A stretch of 64,000 nt of DNA from Eledone cirrhosa (taxonomy: Eukaryota): NCBI GenBank assembly GCA_964016885.1, contig OZ024741.1, positions 59,086,001 to 59,150,000 on the forward strand. Direction: 5' to 3'. The notes under the pieces are model-generated. The model was not told where the DNA came from. It saw only the letters and a program-made list of their open reading frames with translations, and did no database searches. The translations under genes were made by a program, and so were the position numbers. This document shows positions 36,071 through 50,619 of this stretch, piece after piece; positions within the stretch are counted from its first letter, which is position 1, and the number at the start of each line of letters is the position of its first letter.

Positions 36071-36334
36071 TTAACCCTTTCATTACCATAGTTCTAATGA
36101 AAGACACTGCCTATGATTTTCAAATATTTCTTTAAATAAACAAAACTTTTGGAGAAATTAGTAAAATGACTCACTTTCTTGTTATCAAGCTGGTTATTGG
36201 AACATAACTTAACAAAGTTTCTCACATAAAGTTATGATTGAAGTTTTTAGAGAAATGTAAACACTTTAAAATAAGCAATTTTGTATTTATAGAACAAGGG
36301 GTAGTCTCTAGTTGTTTGTTATCTAAAGGGTTAA
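36071..36334. mobile_element. TTAA-flanked (piggyBac-like) MITE
   Basis: TTAACCCTTT...AAAGGGTTAA; relatives at 39021-39406 and 60450-60882. Confidence 0.8.
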
Positions 36335-38466
36335 AGTGAAAAATAAATAAATAAGCATTTGAGAAGACTCAGTCAAAACTGAACATGAATGTGTCATAAA
36401 ATGGTATCAGAATGTACTAGAAAACTAACAAAATATATTTAAGGACAGGTGACTTATACAGTAAATAAAACTATGTGAAACAAAATGGCTGAGAGAGAGA
36501 TTTAACTACCATGACTAGAGGGAGATAGGAGTAAGATGAGATGTACGTATACAAACAGAACATAACATCAACAACAACAACAAAGAAATATAAGAGACAG
36601 AAATATAAAACACTAAAGGTCACTTATTGATTCCTCATGCATATCTCCAGCCTTTATCTTTTCTAAGTATCTTTAATCTTTGTATGTTATCGATTTCACG
36701 TCATTTCCAGAGTCTTATGAAGACGCCGAGATCCTTTAAGACATCTTTGTTCAGCGTCTCATTCTGGTTGCAAGTCTTTTATTTTGGCTGCAGTTCTTGA
36801 CAACCGCCACACAACACTTCTTTTCCTTCTCTTTCTCTCTCACTCTATTATAGAATTTCTTTTAAGGTCTCCAGTTTGATTCTTGTTCTCATTGATAAAG
36901 TGCAGGAAAGTGAACTTACATTTGATACAAAATGAAAAGTTTACTGACTGATGGATTTTAAATTGCGAGAGAGGCGACATTCGGGCTGGCTGGCTTAATA
37001 ATAATAACATTCCATAGTTTAGCTTGAGAATAACCAGCTCAGTAAGAATGAAAGTGCAACTGTTACAAAATAAAGAAAAACAAAATAATGAACAAAAAAG
37101 AGAAACATTATTAGTATTTTGTCCTTGAACACAATGGCCCATTGGGAAAAGGATGAATTAGGTGAGAGAAGGAATTGAGGAGGTGAAGTTGGAGGGCAAA
37201 GTGAGTGTGGGAGGAATTGTAATGGTGTGTTATAACAATGGAAGTAACACAATGATGTCAACGGTGATCACAATGGATGATACTAATGATGAAACAACTT
37301 TTAATAATGGATGGTGTTGATGAAGACTATATTGATAATGATGGTAATAGGGATGGTGGGGATGATATATCTACAAATACTATATATATATATCTATATA
37401 TATATATATATATATAAACAGATCTGTATAATAGATATGTGTCAATTACTATCAAGAAAAATAAAGTTGTAGAAATCTACTGATTGCTGTCTGTGTTGTA
37501 TTTGCAGATGTGGTGTTGTTCTGCTACTGCTGCTGCTGCAGTTGTTTAGCCCCAGGACAGCTCCGATTGAGCAATCATTCCTTCAAAGACATTCCATCCT
37601 TGACCATCCCTTCTTTGTACTTGTTTCAAGCACAGTGTAACTCAGATTATACTATCTAATGCAGGGTTCTCAAAAATGCAGCCTGCATACTACCTTTCTA
37701 TGGCCCATGGCAGACAATTTTTTTTCCCTGTTTTAATAATATTTATAGTACAAATTATTGTGATTTACCCAGGAATAAAATAGAAACAAAAAAAAACCCC
37801 TGGAATTTATCAAAAGTGAAAATGGAGAAAAAGGAATTTAAAAAAAAGTAGAAATGGAATTAAGGAAAATTTGAAACAGAAAATTTGTCCCCTACATTTT
37901 GTATTAATATCACATATCCCATTTATTACCATATGTGTATTAATTTTGATGAAATAAAAAAAGCAGTCTATTGGCTGTAATGCAGATTAGCATTATAACT
38001 GGTAGAAATCATATCTGCTCATTCATCTCACTTTTGGCTCTCCTCCGGGACATAACGGCGCTTTTAAGTCCTTGAGTTTGAGACCTTTGATTGAATATGT
38101 AATTCTTTTTTTCAATTTTGTAAAGAGTTACTTAGCTGGTCTATTTGGCAGAGTCAATTGAGCATTGTATATTTGTTCTGGTTTTCTACTTTCTGAGTTC
38201 AAATCCTGCCAAGGTCAACTTTACTTTTCATCCTTTCAGGGTCAATAAAGTAGCATCCCAGTGCTGGTGCAGCCCTCTCTCATTCCAGCCGTCAAATCCA
38301 CCATCACCTACACCTATGTACCTATGCGAGAAATACATTTTACACAGCTATTGCATTAAATATATATTCTAGGCAAACCATATATACATTAAATCAGAAT
38401 GGATGCAGCAAAAACCTGTTAGATTATACTCACCAGAGTACTCAATACTTGGGGTAGTAAAGTATG

Positions 38467-38589
38467 GTAATATAAAGCATTCGGGATCCTGACAGATGAG
38501 CTCCTGACATTTCAACAGCATTTGTGTTCAGAAATAGCTGTTGAAACAGCAGAAGCTCAGCCATTGGGGTCCCAAATCCTTCATATTAC
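38467..38589. other. imperfect ~120-nt hairpin
   Basis: GTAATAT...GGGATCC...TGAGCT...TTCAACAGC / GCTGTTGAA...AGCTCA...GGGTCCC...ATATTAC. Confidence 0.7.
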
Positions 38590-38611
38590 TTCACATTATA
38601 TACACCGCTCT

Positions 38612-38800
38612 AGGGTGGTGGTTTGGCAGTATTGGTAGAGCATCAGACACCATGCTTTGTACTATAGAGTTATCACCCTTTACGTTCTGAGTTGAAATCC
38701 TGCCGAGATTAAATTTGCCTTTCATCCTTACAGGGTCGATAAAATAAAGTACCAGTAATGCACTGAGGTAATTGCTGGCCTTGTGCCAAAAGTATAAACA
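38612..38800 (+). mobile_element. tRNA-derived SINE, near full length
   Basis: A box TGGCAGTATTGG, B-box-like GAGTTGAAATCC, conserved body and tail. Confidence 0.85.
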
Positions 38801-39020
38801 TTATATAATATATACACTATATATGATATTGGCATCAGTGTCATCACAATTCAATTTTTCCAGCTGAGTGGGACTGGAGCAAAATGAAATCAAGTGTCAT
38901 TTTCAGATGTTCAACACATTACCTAGTTCTAGAATCAAACTCATGAGCCAAACCTCCTAACCACTAAGCTATGCCCTTTCACCATGGGCCTGTGTAGGGG
39001 TGCAAATGGTACAGTGTTAT

Positions 39021-39406
39021 TTAATCCTTTTCATTACCATATTTCTTATGAAGAAACTGCCTATGAATTTCAATTATGTTTGAAAATAATCAAGAATTTG
39101 GAAGGATTTAGTAAAATAACTAACCTTCTCATTATTAAGCTAGTTTTTGGAACATAACTTCATGAAATTTCTTGCATAAAATTATGATGGAATGTTTTTA
39201 GCTAAATATAAATAACTTCCTCAGTGTTAGTGCCACGATAAAATGTTCTATGTGGCAACATGTCCAACCCTTGTTGACAGGGAAGATTGATGTTAAATAA
39301 CGATGATAATGATGATGATGATGGTGGTGATGAACATTTTAAAACAAGCAATTTTGTATCATAGAACTAGGAATGGTCTCAAGAGGTTAGGTATGAAAAG
39401 GGTTAA
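39021..39406. mobile_element. TTAA-flanked MITE with internal insertion
   Basis: Homologous to 36071-36334; ~130-bp insert ending in (GAT)n. Confidence 0.75.
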
Positions 39407-40464
39407 GTCATTTCGTGTAGCTTGCTTATAGTTTGTACTGAATGTGATAAATTGTAGGTGACAGATGAGATTACAACACAAGAACTGTGCTAATCAATGA
39501 AATAAGCAGCTAGCTTAAAGCCAGTTCTAACTAATTAAATAATAAAATAGGTTGAACAATGGAGTTGTTTGTTGATCAGAGGAGAATAGCTAAGTGCCGA
39601 CTAATATGCTAAAATGGATTATATAAACCCACTTTCTCGTGCATTTCTTCAATTATTAATTGTGCGATTTGAATTCTAATTGACACTGGATAAAACATCT
39701 AATGACCTTCAGATAATTTGCTTTGTTTAAAGAGTAATTAACAAACTTTTGTCTTCTGAACTATGAAAGTCTTACTTACACAAACACCTGATGTTTGTAA
39801 ATATTTATATTCAGTCATTTATCTGATCTAGCCAAACAATTTTCTTGCTGTCAACATAAAATGTTCTGCACTTTTACAATCTAACTATTGTATAGGGCTA
39901 TAAACTGCTGATGGAGTCAGTTGGTTTTGGACACAGCTGAGTACTTCCAGAGAAAAAAAAGGAGAGAATATGAGATAGAAGGATCAACCCTAGTACTAGA
40001 CTGGTACTTTACATTTCAACTTATGACAGTCAAAGATGATTGTGGCAATATTTGAACTCGGGGCACTGAAAGCTGAAATGAATACATTAAAGCATTCTAT
40101 CCAATGCACTAATGACTCTGCCAATTAGCCTCAATTATTTTATATATCATCACAATCTATGTAGCTTTATATGAACCATGCTTACATGGGTTGGATTGGT
40201 CTTTTCCAGTACAGATTCACTCCACTCATTTCATTCTTCTCACATTTCCTCTGTGAGATTCAGTGATTTCAGATCAGCTTCCCCAATTTCTGCCCAAGTC
40301 TTACTTGGTCTTTCTCTATTGCAGCTTGCTAAAAATTATGGAGCATCCATTATACTATTGTTATGGTTTTTCAAAGTAGGTTCTGTGATATAAATTCATT
40401 TGATATGAATTAATTATCACTGTTGGTTTAATGTTGTTCATGTAACTCAGGATGCTATCTAATT

Positions 40465-40495
<31 letters not shown>

Positions 40496-40650
40496 GAGAA
40501 TGGAAAACGAAAAATCAATGATTTTTTGGAACTCAATTTATTGTGTGTTACAATTGTTTCCCTGGTGAACAGCTCGAGGTGCGATCCATGTGTGGATCTA
40601 CCTGACTCTAGTCTTGCAGGTTCCTCGGACATGTCTATTGATTTCAGATC
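40496..40650 (-). mobile_element. ~155-bp hammerhead-containing mini-insert flanked by (TA)n
   Basis: HHR 40545-40632 on minus strand: ATGT-CCGAGGA-A-CCTG...CAGG-GAAA-CAATTG-TA-ACAC; homologous to 59091-59256. Confidence 0.75.
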
Positions 40651-41273
40651 ATATATATATATATATATATATATATAAAGGCTGTGTGGTGGTTAAGGAG
40701 TTTACTTCACAACAACGTGGTTCTGGGTTCAGTTCAGCTCTACAGCACCAGATCAAATGTTTTCTAATATCCTTGGCTTGACCAATATCTTGTGAGTAGA
40801 ATTTTTATTAGACAGAAACTGCAGAAGTCTGTTGTAAGTGTGTATACATGTATATATATATATATATATATATTTTTCATTTTTTTCATTTCATTTTACG
40901 TCCACTTTTTCCCTGCTTGCAAGGGTGGGACGGGAACTGATTCTGGCTTGATTTCTACAGCTGGATGCCCTTCCTAACACCAACCTCATTTACAGTGAGT
41001 GCTGGGTGCATTTTTTGCTGTGGCACCTCCACGACCACTTTACAGTGGAATGATAGGGACCCCAGTCCCTATTATCTCATTTCTACAGCTGAGTAAACTG
41101 GAGCAACGTGAAATAAAGTGTCTTGCTCAAGGAAACAACACATCACCCGGTCTGAGAATTGAACTCACAACCTTTCGATTGCAAGGCCAATGCTCTAACC
41201 ACTAAGCCATGTGCCTATATATATATATATATACACACATACAATGGGCTTCTGCAGTATATATTCACATGTA

Positions 41274-42521
41274 TACGATGCGCATCAAAAAAAGTATCCG
41301 ACTTTATTTTTTCCCTCGAAAATGTCACCTTGCACCCAAATCCTTTGGGTGGGAGGTGACACTACCCTTCTTGCATATGCGTGAAAATGTTCACACTGGT
41401 AGACCACGCCAATTCCCAGCTGTTACACCTAGAGTACAGATATGTAGTGTGTGCTCGTCAGATTTTTGTTTCCATGCAAGATGACTGAGCACATCAAGCA
41501 GAGATATTGCATCAAGTTTTGCCAAAAGCTTGGTGATACTCAAACCATCGGCTTTGGCGATGATGCCATGGACAAAACTCAGTTCAAGGAGTGGTACAAC
41601 TGCTTCAAACATAGCTACATCTCAGTGAATAATGAGGCATTCAGGCAGGTCATCCACAAGCTGAAATGTGGAACTGATTGAGAAGGTTTGGCAAATAATT
41701 ATGGAAGACTGTCGTGTAACAATGCAGGAAATTGCTCATAAAGTGGGAATAAGCACAGGATCAGTGCATTCTAGTTTAAAGGAGAATTTGTGCATGCAAA
41801 GAGTGTTGGTGAAATTCGTCCCCAAGTTGTTGGTGGAGCAGCAGAAGCAACTCCGCATGGAAATCGCTCACAACATGCTGGACTCTGCAAACCACAATCC
41901 AGACTCCATGAAGACTATCATCACTGGTGATGAGACATGGGTTTATTGTTATGACCTGGAAACTAAGTTCCAGTCCTCTCAATGGAAGTATGTTATCACC
42001 ATGGCCCCCAAAAGCACAACAGGTTCGCAGCAACGTGAAGGTAATGTTGACCTGTTTCTTTGACTCTTGTGGTATTTTTCATCATGAATACACGTCACAA
42101 GGTCAAACAATTAATAAGGAATCCTACCTGGAGGTTATACGTCACCTCTCTGATACTGTGTGGTGAAGAATTGACAACTTCACCATGACAATGTGCCTGG
42201 TCATTCTGCTCACATAATACAACCTTTTTTGGTAAGGAACAACACACCACTTGTTCGACAGGTTCCCTACTCTCTTGACTTGGCACCATGTGACTCCTGG
42301 CTCTTCCCTAATCTGAAAACAATGTTAAAAGGGAAGGTATTTGAGTCACGAGAGGAAATTATGAGAAAAGCGACTGCAAAACTTCATAGCATTCCAGAGG
42401 TGTTACCAGCAGTGACAGAACCGCTGGGAGAGTATTTTGAAAGCAATTAAATAAAATTTGTGAAATGTACAAACATTTTTTTTATGCCCAAAGGTTGGAT
42501 ACTTTTCAAACGCACATCATA
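41274..42521 (+). mobile_element. mariner DNA transposon, full length but degenerate
   Basis: ~28-bp TIRs with TA ends; QRYCIKFC, KFVPKLL, IITGDETWVYCYD, HHDN, PYSLDLAPCD (DD34D). Confidence 0.95.
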
Positions 42522-43771
42522 TGTATGCGTATGTGAGACAGAAAGTGTGTGTGTGTTTATGTTCATGTTTATGTGTTCCATAACGCAGTGGTTTGATAAA
42601 AAAGAGATTGATAAAATAAGTACCAGACTTGAAACAAAAAATGTATTTGTGTTGATATGATTGACTGAATCAAGGTTGTGCCCCAGTGTGACCACAGTCT
42701 AATGGCTGAAACCAGTAAAAGAATACAAGAATTACAAGAATACATGGAATGAAGCCTTGGTGTATTTTAGTTATATTGATTGACATCCTCATTACTGCTT
42801 GACAACATTGCTAGATCAGTTGTTTGAGTTTTATGATTATTATTAACTTGTAACGGAGATTCTTCTATTGTTAATCACAAGTGAACTAAGTCTGAGGCTA
42901 ATGGATATGAGATGGATCAATGAAGTCAACTTTAATTGAAAAATTTTGATTGATTCAATTAATAGCCATATCAATCATAATACTATGAAAGATAGCTTAT
43001 CGTTTCTTGCCTTGCAGTAGCTGTATACAGTATTGGCTCTTTATATCTTTATACATCTTTAGAGTTGGTCTTAGTCACAATTCCAATCCTATCTCTTTTG
43101 TGTGAGGCTAACATAATCATCGTTTTCTTTTTTAAATAAGATGTAAGAGCATATCTTCCTAATGTATATTATACTAGCACTACATTCAAATTTTCAATGG
43201 AAGTAAGGGTTGAATCTCTGTCAGTTCGGATGATGTGTATTCCATTTGTGTAATCAACAAGACAGGTGGCTCATTAAATTAATGTGAAAGTGCTTAGCAT
43301 TCCACAGACACGTGTACCTTTAATGTAATTCTCAGTGAGATTCAGCATGATTCTATGCGGAACAAAGGCTGGCCCATTGACTCACAAGTACAATTCATTT
43401 TTCCACCTAATTAAAGTTGAGTAATATGGAATAAAGTGCCTTGCTCAAGGACACAACACACCACCACTAATAAAACTCCCTATCATGAGACAAATGCCCT
43501 AACTACGAAGCAAGCAATGAACCTTCATATCAGTTGGAAGAGAAAACATATCAATACTTCAGTTTGGTTTACTATTTTTTTTCATTTTCTACTTTGGTGC
43601 TGCTCCAACTCTTCATTTTCCAGTTTTTATGGCATATAAAAGATTACAGAGACGAAAAATAGATTAGTTTCAGTAATGGTCAGCAACAATGACAATAAGT
43701 GAAAAAGTGTAACACTAAATAAATATTGAAAACTGTAACTAACAGCAGTATTATTGTGATTTATATATATA

Positions 43772-46700
43772 TGTAGTGACCTACATTCCGCGGGCTCACA
43801 TACATGCTATTTGCATGATTTGGCTCAGCTCAGCCAATCAGCGCCAGTAGAAGAGAATGTATCCCTACGCGCCCTAAGGGAAAAATTCCCGCGTGGATTT
43901 GAGAAATTTCTCTCTTGCACGCTGACTTCGAAAAGGTAAACACCTAACTTTCTTTCGTCGTGAAATCACTAGCCAACATGTAACAACAACTTAACCACGA
44001 CCTGGCAACACTTCAGCCAGTAGACCGTGCCTCCTCCTTCGTTTGTTTTATCTCTCTTGGCATGCCAGCTATTCAGCTCAACCTTATTAATAATAATCGT
44101 TGTCGATATTCCTAACATCTTACTACAAAACTGTTACCACAGCAATGCTTTAAATGTGATATGGAAGGATTCCTTCCAGAGGTATTATCACAGCAGCAAC
44201 AGAACCTGAGACTTACAGCCTAACCTTAATTCTTCGTGGTGATACATCTACTCTTAAAACCATCCTGTTAAAACTGGTGACCTTCGACGCAGGAGTATTT
44301 CGGCATGAAATGTTCCTTTACTATATATATATACATCAACCCAGTATTCTGTTAAAACTGGTGACCCCGAAAAAATGATAGGATCTGGTCTTGTGTGTAT
44401 ATAGAAAAAAGAAAATTAATTAGCAGTATTTAACAAAAACAAATTTTAAACACGAACACGAGGAAATTTCAAAATGGCTACCAACAAGTCCTCCGCAACT
44501 ATCAACAATTTGCAACCCGAAAGAACAAAAGAAGGAACATGCGGACATACTTTTCGTTGGGACACACTTTCTTCCACCTAACGTGGAATTCGGACACAAA
44601 TTTTCTCCGACAAACAACAAAAAACAGTTTCTCCAACGAACAATAACATTTTTCTACACCTCACGTGTTGTATCACCTAAATGTCTCACCTTTTTCTCGC
44701 TTACTCGTTCAACCAAGTTTTTTCCTTCTTCTTCATCAATCACATTCACAGTGAGAATCAAGATGGCCGACAGCTGCTTTCTTCTTTCATTTTCAGCAGC
44801 CATCTTGTCTTTCTCATAATTTTCCCGCGCAAAAGAATTTTTTTCAAGTTCAATTACCTTGTACCAGCACGTGTGTAGTGCACAAATCTCGACTTAAAGG
44901 GATACACACGCTTTGCTATTTCTTTTCAAAGACTTCACCAGCCCAAGCTATTTTTTTGCGACACTACAATGTCGTAAATTGGCGTTAGTTACTGTGCATT
45001 TATCCTGCATGCTCGTTTCAATGGTCGCAATTTCAACCGCAACACTGACCATCAATTTTAGCTGTTACTTCTGACACTTTGCGCAACACATTCTGGGATC
45101 TTCTAGCTGTGAATAAATTGTTTCCCTTGAAACAATTTCAAAAAGGTTACAATGACAACATTGGTTCACCACCAACCATAGACAACGCATGGTGAATTCG
45201 ACTTCGATTCTACAGAAGATTTACTGTGACTTTGCTTTGATAACAACAACAACAACTCTACTAGCTTCCTGGTAAGAGCGATCCCAAGGAAATTTCAAAG
45301 AAAAGAAAAAGCGAACTTTTTGTTAAAAAAAAACAATTTTTTCTTTCTTTCTCTTTTTACAGGCAATGTTCGGACATTTATTCTTTTAAAACTGTATTAT
45401 ATGAAAGTTCTTTTTTTATCATTATATATATGACTACACCCACACATTCTTTGCTGTATTACATGCCTGCATATGCACACACATTTCTTTGACACACACC
45501 AACATGTTGTTCTTAGTATATCATATTCAAACGTCGTAAAATTCTGCGAGATCCCTTCTCACTTTGTGGAGACACCAAACATGCTGTCGACATTTTGCAG
45601 CTTGATTCACCTGAACTCAAACAGGCACCGCAACACGAGAATGCTAATTGCAGCTGGATTCAAACAGTTCGCATCTCGTTGCATACTCATCGTCCATAAC
45701 AATCTCCATCTTGTTACTTTACCCGACTCACTGGGAAAACAACAAATAGAACTGGACCTGTCAGCATTTCCACCATTTCTATGGATTCGCCAGAATTATG
45801 GAATTTACATTTCAACTACTACCCACCTACAGATTCAACTTGCTTTTTTCTTTTCAAAGCAACCAGCCATTTTTTCCTGGCTGCCTAGCACTTTCGGCAA
45901 TACATCTGGGAGGCCGACATTTTCTTGCAAGCACTGGTAAACTACCATAACAGCTTCACCCACAGCTACTGGTACAGCACTTACCATTAACATTTAATGC
46001 AAGAACAGCAACTTCGCCCATGTCAGACTTTATCCGTTTTCTGTTAGACCCTTGGTGGTCACGTATAAACTACAAAACAGCTAGTCATTTGACACAGCGG
46101 CTCAACACGGCCCTTAGCGCCTCATTTTTCTGTTCAATTATTTTTCACTGATGTGCTCTTTCAGCATTTTTCCCTATAATAATCTGTATCGTCTTACGAC
46201 TAGAGAGGGAGTATTGTGGTGACCTACATTCCGCGGGCTCACATACATGCTCTGTGCGTGATTCGGCTCAGCTCAGCCAATCAGCGCCAGTAGAAGAGAA
46301 TGTATCCCTATGTGCCCTGAGGGAAAAATTCCCGCGTGGATTTGAGAAATTTCTCTCTTGCACGCTGACTTCGAAAAGGTAAACACCTAACTTTCTTTCG
46401 TCGTGAAATCACTCGCCAACATGTAACAACAACTTAACCACGGCCTGGCAACACTTCAGCCAGTAGACCGTGCCTCCTGAACTCTTAATTCGTTTGTTTT
46501 ATCTCTGTTGGTATGCCAGCTATTCAGCTCCACTCAGCTCAACCTTATTAATAAATAATGTAAAACAAGCAAAGTCGTTGTCGATATTCATAACATCTTA
46601 CTACAAAACTGTTACCATAGCAATGATTTAAATGTGATATGGAAGGATTCCTTCCAGAGGTATTATCACAGCAGCAACAGAACCTGAGACTTACAGCTTA

Positions 46701-46832
46701 ACCTCAATTCTCCGTGGTGATACATCTACTCTTAAAACCATCCTGTTAAAACTGGTGACCTTCGACGCAGGAGTATTTCGGCATGAAATGCTCCTTTACA
46801 ATATATATACATCAACCCAGTATTCTGTTAAA
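43772..46832 (+). mobile_element. non-autonomous Gypsy LTR retrotransposon (CsRn1-like, tRNA-Trp PBS)
   Basis: LTRs 43772-44356 and 46215-46832 starting TGT, PBS TGGTGACCCCGA, PPT AGAGAGGGAG; 1.85-kb interior with no long ORF; inserted in (TA)n. Confidence 0.88.
44359..44370 (+). promoter_or_regulatory. primer-binding site complementary to tRNA-Trp 3' end
   Basis: TGGTGACCCCGA immediately after the 5' LTR. Confidence 0.85.
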
Positions 46833-46844
46833 TATATATATATA

Positions 46845-47530
46845 TGAAACATGTAGGGAAAACTACGTATGCAGTAGATGTACAGGGAAAGTTGGCAGTA
46901 GTAATCGCAGTGATACACATTTTTCCAATGCAGGTGAGTTCTATAGAAGTGGTTGATAGCTTCTGGTACCTAGGTGATCAGATTTGCATTGGAGGGGGGT
47001 GTTCCGAGGCCATAGTTTCTAGAATAAGGATGTGTTGGAAGAAGTTTAGGGAGCTGCTTCTTTTGTTGACAAAGAAGGCTTTCACCCTGCATACGAAAGG
47101 CCGGTTATATGATGCCTGTGTGAGATGCGCGATGTTGCATGGTAGTGAGACATGGGCAGCGACAGCTGGAGAGAAATGAAGCAAGTATGCTCCATTGGAT
47201 GTGCAATGTCAATGTGCGTGAACAACCAAGCATAGATGAGTTGAGAAAGAAACTGTGTATAAGAGGGATAAGTTGTGGTGTGCAGGAGAGAAGGCTGAGA
47301 TGGTATGGACATGTGATCACTGGGTAAAGAAGTGCCAAGAAATCCCAGTAGAAGGAATTCGCAGTAGCGGTAGACCACAAAAAACATGGGCGGAGGTGGT
47401 GAGAGCAGACCACAGATCGCTGAAACTCACCGAGGAGATGACGAAGGGCCATGACAAGTGGAGAGATCTGAATAGGACCCGTCCAACCCATTCAAGCAGG
47501 GAAAAGCGGATGTAAAATGATGATCATGAT
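46845..47530 (+). mobile_element. 5'-truncated RTE LINE
   Basis: VVDSFWYLGD...GRLYDACVRCAMLHGSETWA...RLRWYGHV; ends AGGGAAAAGCGGATGTAAAA(TGA)n. Confidence 0.93.
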
Positions 47531-50500
47531 AAAAAAATGTTTAACCAAGTGAAATAAAAGAAAGGAGCATATTGTCAGATCATACTAAGAAAACAATGCT
47601 TCAAATGGTCTTTCCATTTTTGATACTATTTGTTGGTTGCAACTCCTGACAGAATTAAAGAGCCAATTGTTAGGTCAGATAAAGTAACAATGTTTCCATT
47701 AGTCTTTCCATTCCATCTGTTGGTCATAACTCCTGGCAGAAGGAAGCAGAATTTAAAGCTAGAACACACTGAGCCAGATCAGATACTGTAACTAACGATC
47801 CACTGCACTTTGGCTTGAATATTATTTATTGACCTCAAAAGGATGAAATCCAAGCTGTCCTAGACAAGATTTGAACTCAGAGTACAGTAGCCTGGGACAA
47901 ATATCAAGGCATTAAATCAGATGTCTTAATGACTCTGTGAGTCTGCTGCTTTTTTAAACATATGAAGGTGTAGAAATATATGAAAAGTTAACAGGTGATC
48001 TCTGATCAATGGCTTTATGATTCTGTGTACCTCCAACAGTAAATAGACCCAATGTATGCTGTATTGCCTGGTGTATTAGACACACTTTTTTACCCCAAAT
48101 ATCAATATCAAAATCTTAATATGTTCTATACACTGAGTATGAATAACACTTGCCCAAGATGCCATGCAGAATGATTGTAAATCAAATTCTTAACTGCTCA
48201 GCCATGCTGCACTCATGATACAGATATATAAACTAAGTAAACTGTATCTTCGAAAGAGTTGAAGCCTAGTCTTATTGATGAGTATCATTCCATTGTAGGG
48301 CTGAGTTCAAATTTTCAAGAGTGTTTAGAAAAGGGACCAAAGGAATCATGAAAAGAAGTAGTGCAGACTCTTTGTGATGTCTTCAAAGTATCAAGGAATT
48401 AACAAGAAAGAAAATAGGGATTAAGTTGATATCCCAAAAGAGATTTGTTTCCTCATTTTACTTTACTTCAGGGAAAACAGAAATAAAAAGCAATTTCTGT
48501 TGCCATGAAAATAGGAACAAATTTAAATAGTAATATAAAAATATTAAGGGAAAAAATATTTATATTGAATTTAAACAATGTTACATTAACGTAAATTAAA
48601 TCTTGGTATTTTTAACAATTTAAAAACAAAATCTTTTATCATCATTGGAATTTTTTCTTTCCCCATACTCTACTTTCAACAGGATCTCTACAATTTAAAA
48701 AGAGGAAATTACAAAGGTAGAATGTAATTCCAAAGCAAGAATAATACACTTTAATCGTGTGAAACCAATGTTGAAGTATTAAAATAATGCACTTTAATAC
48801 TATAAAAGCCCCCATAAGCCCTTTACATGATGACAACATGAAGATTATTGGTTGAAAATCGATTTAGGATGTTTTAGATTTTGTTTACATTTTTGCATTC
48901 CATCGTCTTTCACCAGAATTTGTATTAAAGATATACTTAACTACTGTATTATTTTAAATCTCAGAGCACTTAACTGCAAACACATCTACACTATTTCATT
49001 TTTTTGCGCCTTTGTTCTGTTGTTGAGGTTCTAAATTCACTTGGCATTATTTAGGGGTCAGATATACTCAAACACTCTGTAAGGTGGTAGTGTTGGTGCC
49101 ATAGTAAAATGCACCTACCCCACTCTGTAAAGTGGTCTCGAATACACCCCCCCCTTATTAATTTTTCAAATTTTTTTTCCACTCCCACCTCCACTTATTG
49201 AATTTTTCTAATCTAGCTATTTTATTTTAAGTGTTAGCACTCCTGAGATAATTAATTTTTATACATTAAAATACATTACACATGACAAAAAAAGTACATT
49301 ACTAGAAGTCTGATATGTTATAAAATAAATAGGATGGGTTAGGATCTCAATATTAAAGTAAACAACTAATTCTGGTTTTTAAAAAATCAATGGAGACAGC
49401 CTAAAAAATCTACCGAGCCCCCCCCCCCCCCCTTCGTTTTTTCAACCCCTTGCATTTATCAAATACTTCCGAATTTCCAATTATTTTCAAAATGATATGA
49501 AATATATAAGCAGCGCATTTCATTAGAAATAGAGAAACAAAAGGGTTGCAGCTAGTTTGAACAGAAAGAGGTGAGAGAATTCTGGCCAGATATGGCCAGT
49601 TTAAATGCTAAAGGGTTAAGGTAAACATGTCTGTGGAATACTCACCCACTTACTCTATAGTACAAGATGGATTGTATCTAATTCACAGAGCCAACTTTGC
49701 CACATACACTGTGTTATTCTGAATTTCCCTGATAACTACATTAGGGTACACATATTTGTGGAATACTCTGTCAATTTAATGAGTTGGCCATTTCATTGAA
49801 TGAACAAATAAAACACTCATCATTAAAACTGACACTTTAGTTTAAGAGCGTGTTAATTGTTATCAATGTTCTTATTTCAATGTTTAGTAATTATATTGAT
49901 AAACACAACTCAAGTGTTGTTATTAGAATTTATGACTATCATAATTTATTGCAATTTAATAACATTTATTAATGAACGTTACTTTGAACCTAAATATATT
50001 ATTTTATAATAATTATTTAAGTTTTACTATCATTTTTAATTTAATGGCTATAAAATTACATTATCCAAACAACTAAAATCTTAACCAAATAAGTAAAAAC
50101 ACATGGTTGTCGATAAATCGACTCTAATGTAAACAAGCACAGATAAACACTGCTGTTACTACAAGCTGTAACAATGGAAAAATGAAAGCCAAATAGACTC
50201 CATAACTAAAGTATACACACACAGGATGAATAAACAGTAGCAAAAATCTATAATAATAAATGAGAATTTCTGTACATGAATCCGTATGGATTTCTGGCTT
50301 TGGGAAATATAAATAAATAAACAAAAAACCAAATATATCGTTGCAAGTTTGTAAAAAATGTTGCTTTCTATTATAGGATTTCTACTTTAGGAACAAGGCT
50401 AGCAATTTGGGGCGACTCCAATATTTGACTAGTGCTTTATTTTATCGACTCCTAGAAGGATAAAAAGCAAAGTCTGCTTCAGTGGGATTTTAATTAAGAA

Positions 50501-50619
50501 TGTAAAGGGCTGTAACTAAATACCACAAAGCATTTTTCCGATGCACTAATAACCCTGTCAATACACAGTAAATAGGAATTTCTGTTTTTGTTCAGATAAC
50601 TTTCTGCCTTCGACAGATA

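Noticed and set aside
38612-38710. tRNA gene
   Set aside because: A and B boxes belong to a multi-copy SINE head; no cloverleaf
45473-45940. 155-aa ORF inside the LTR element
   Set aside because: No coherent domain; only scattered pol-like traces in mixed frames
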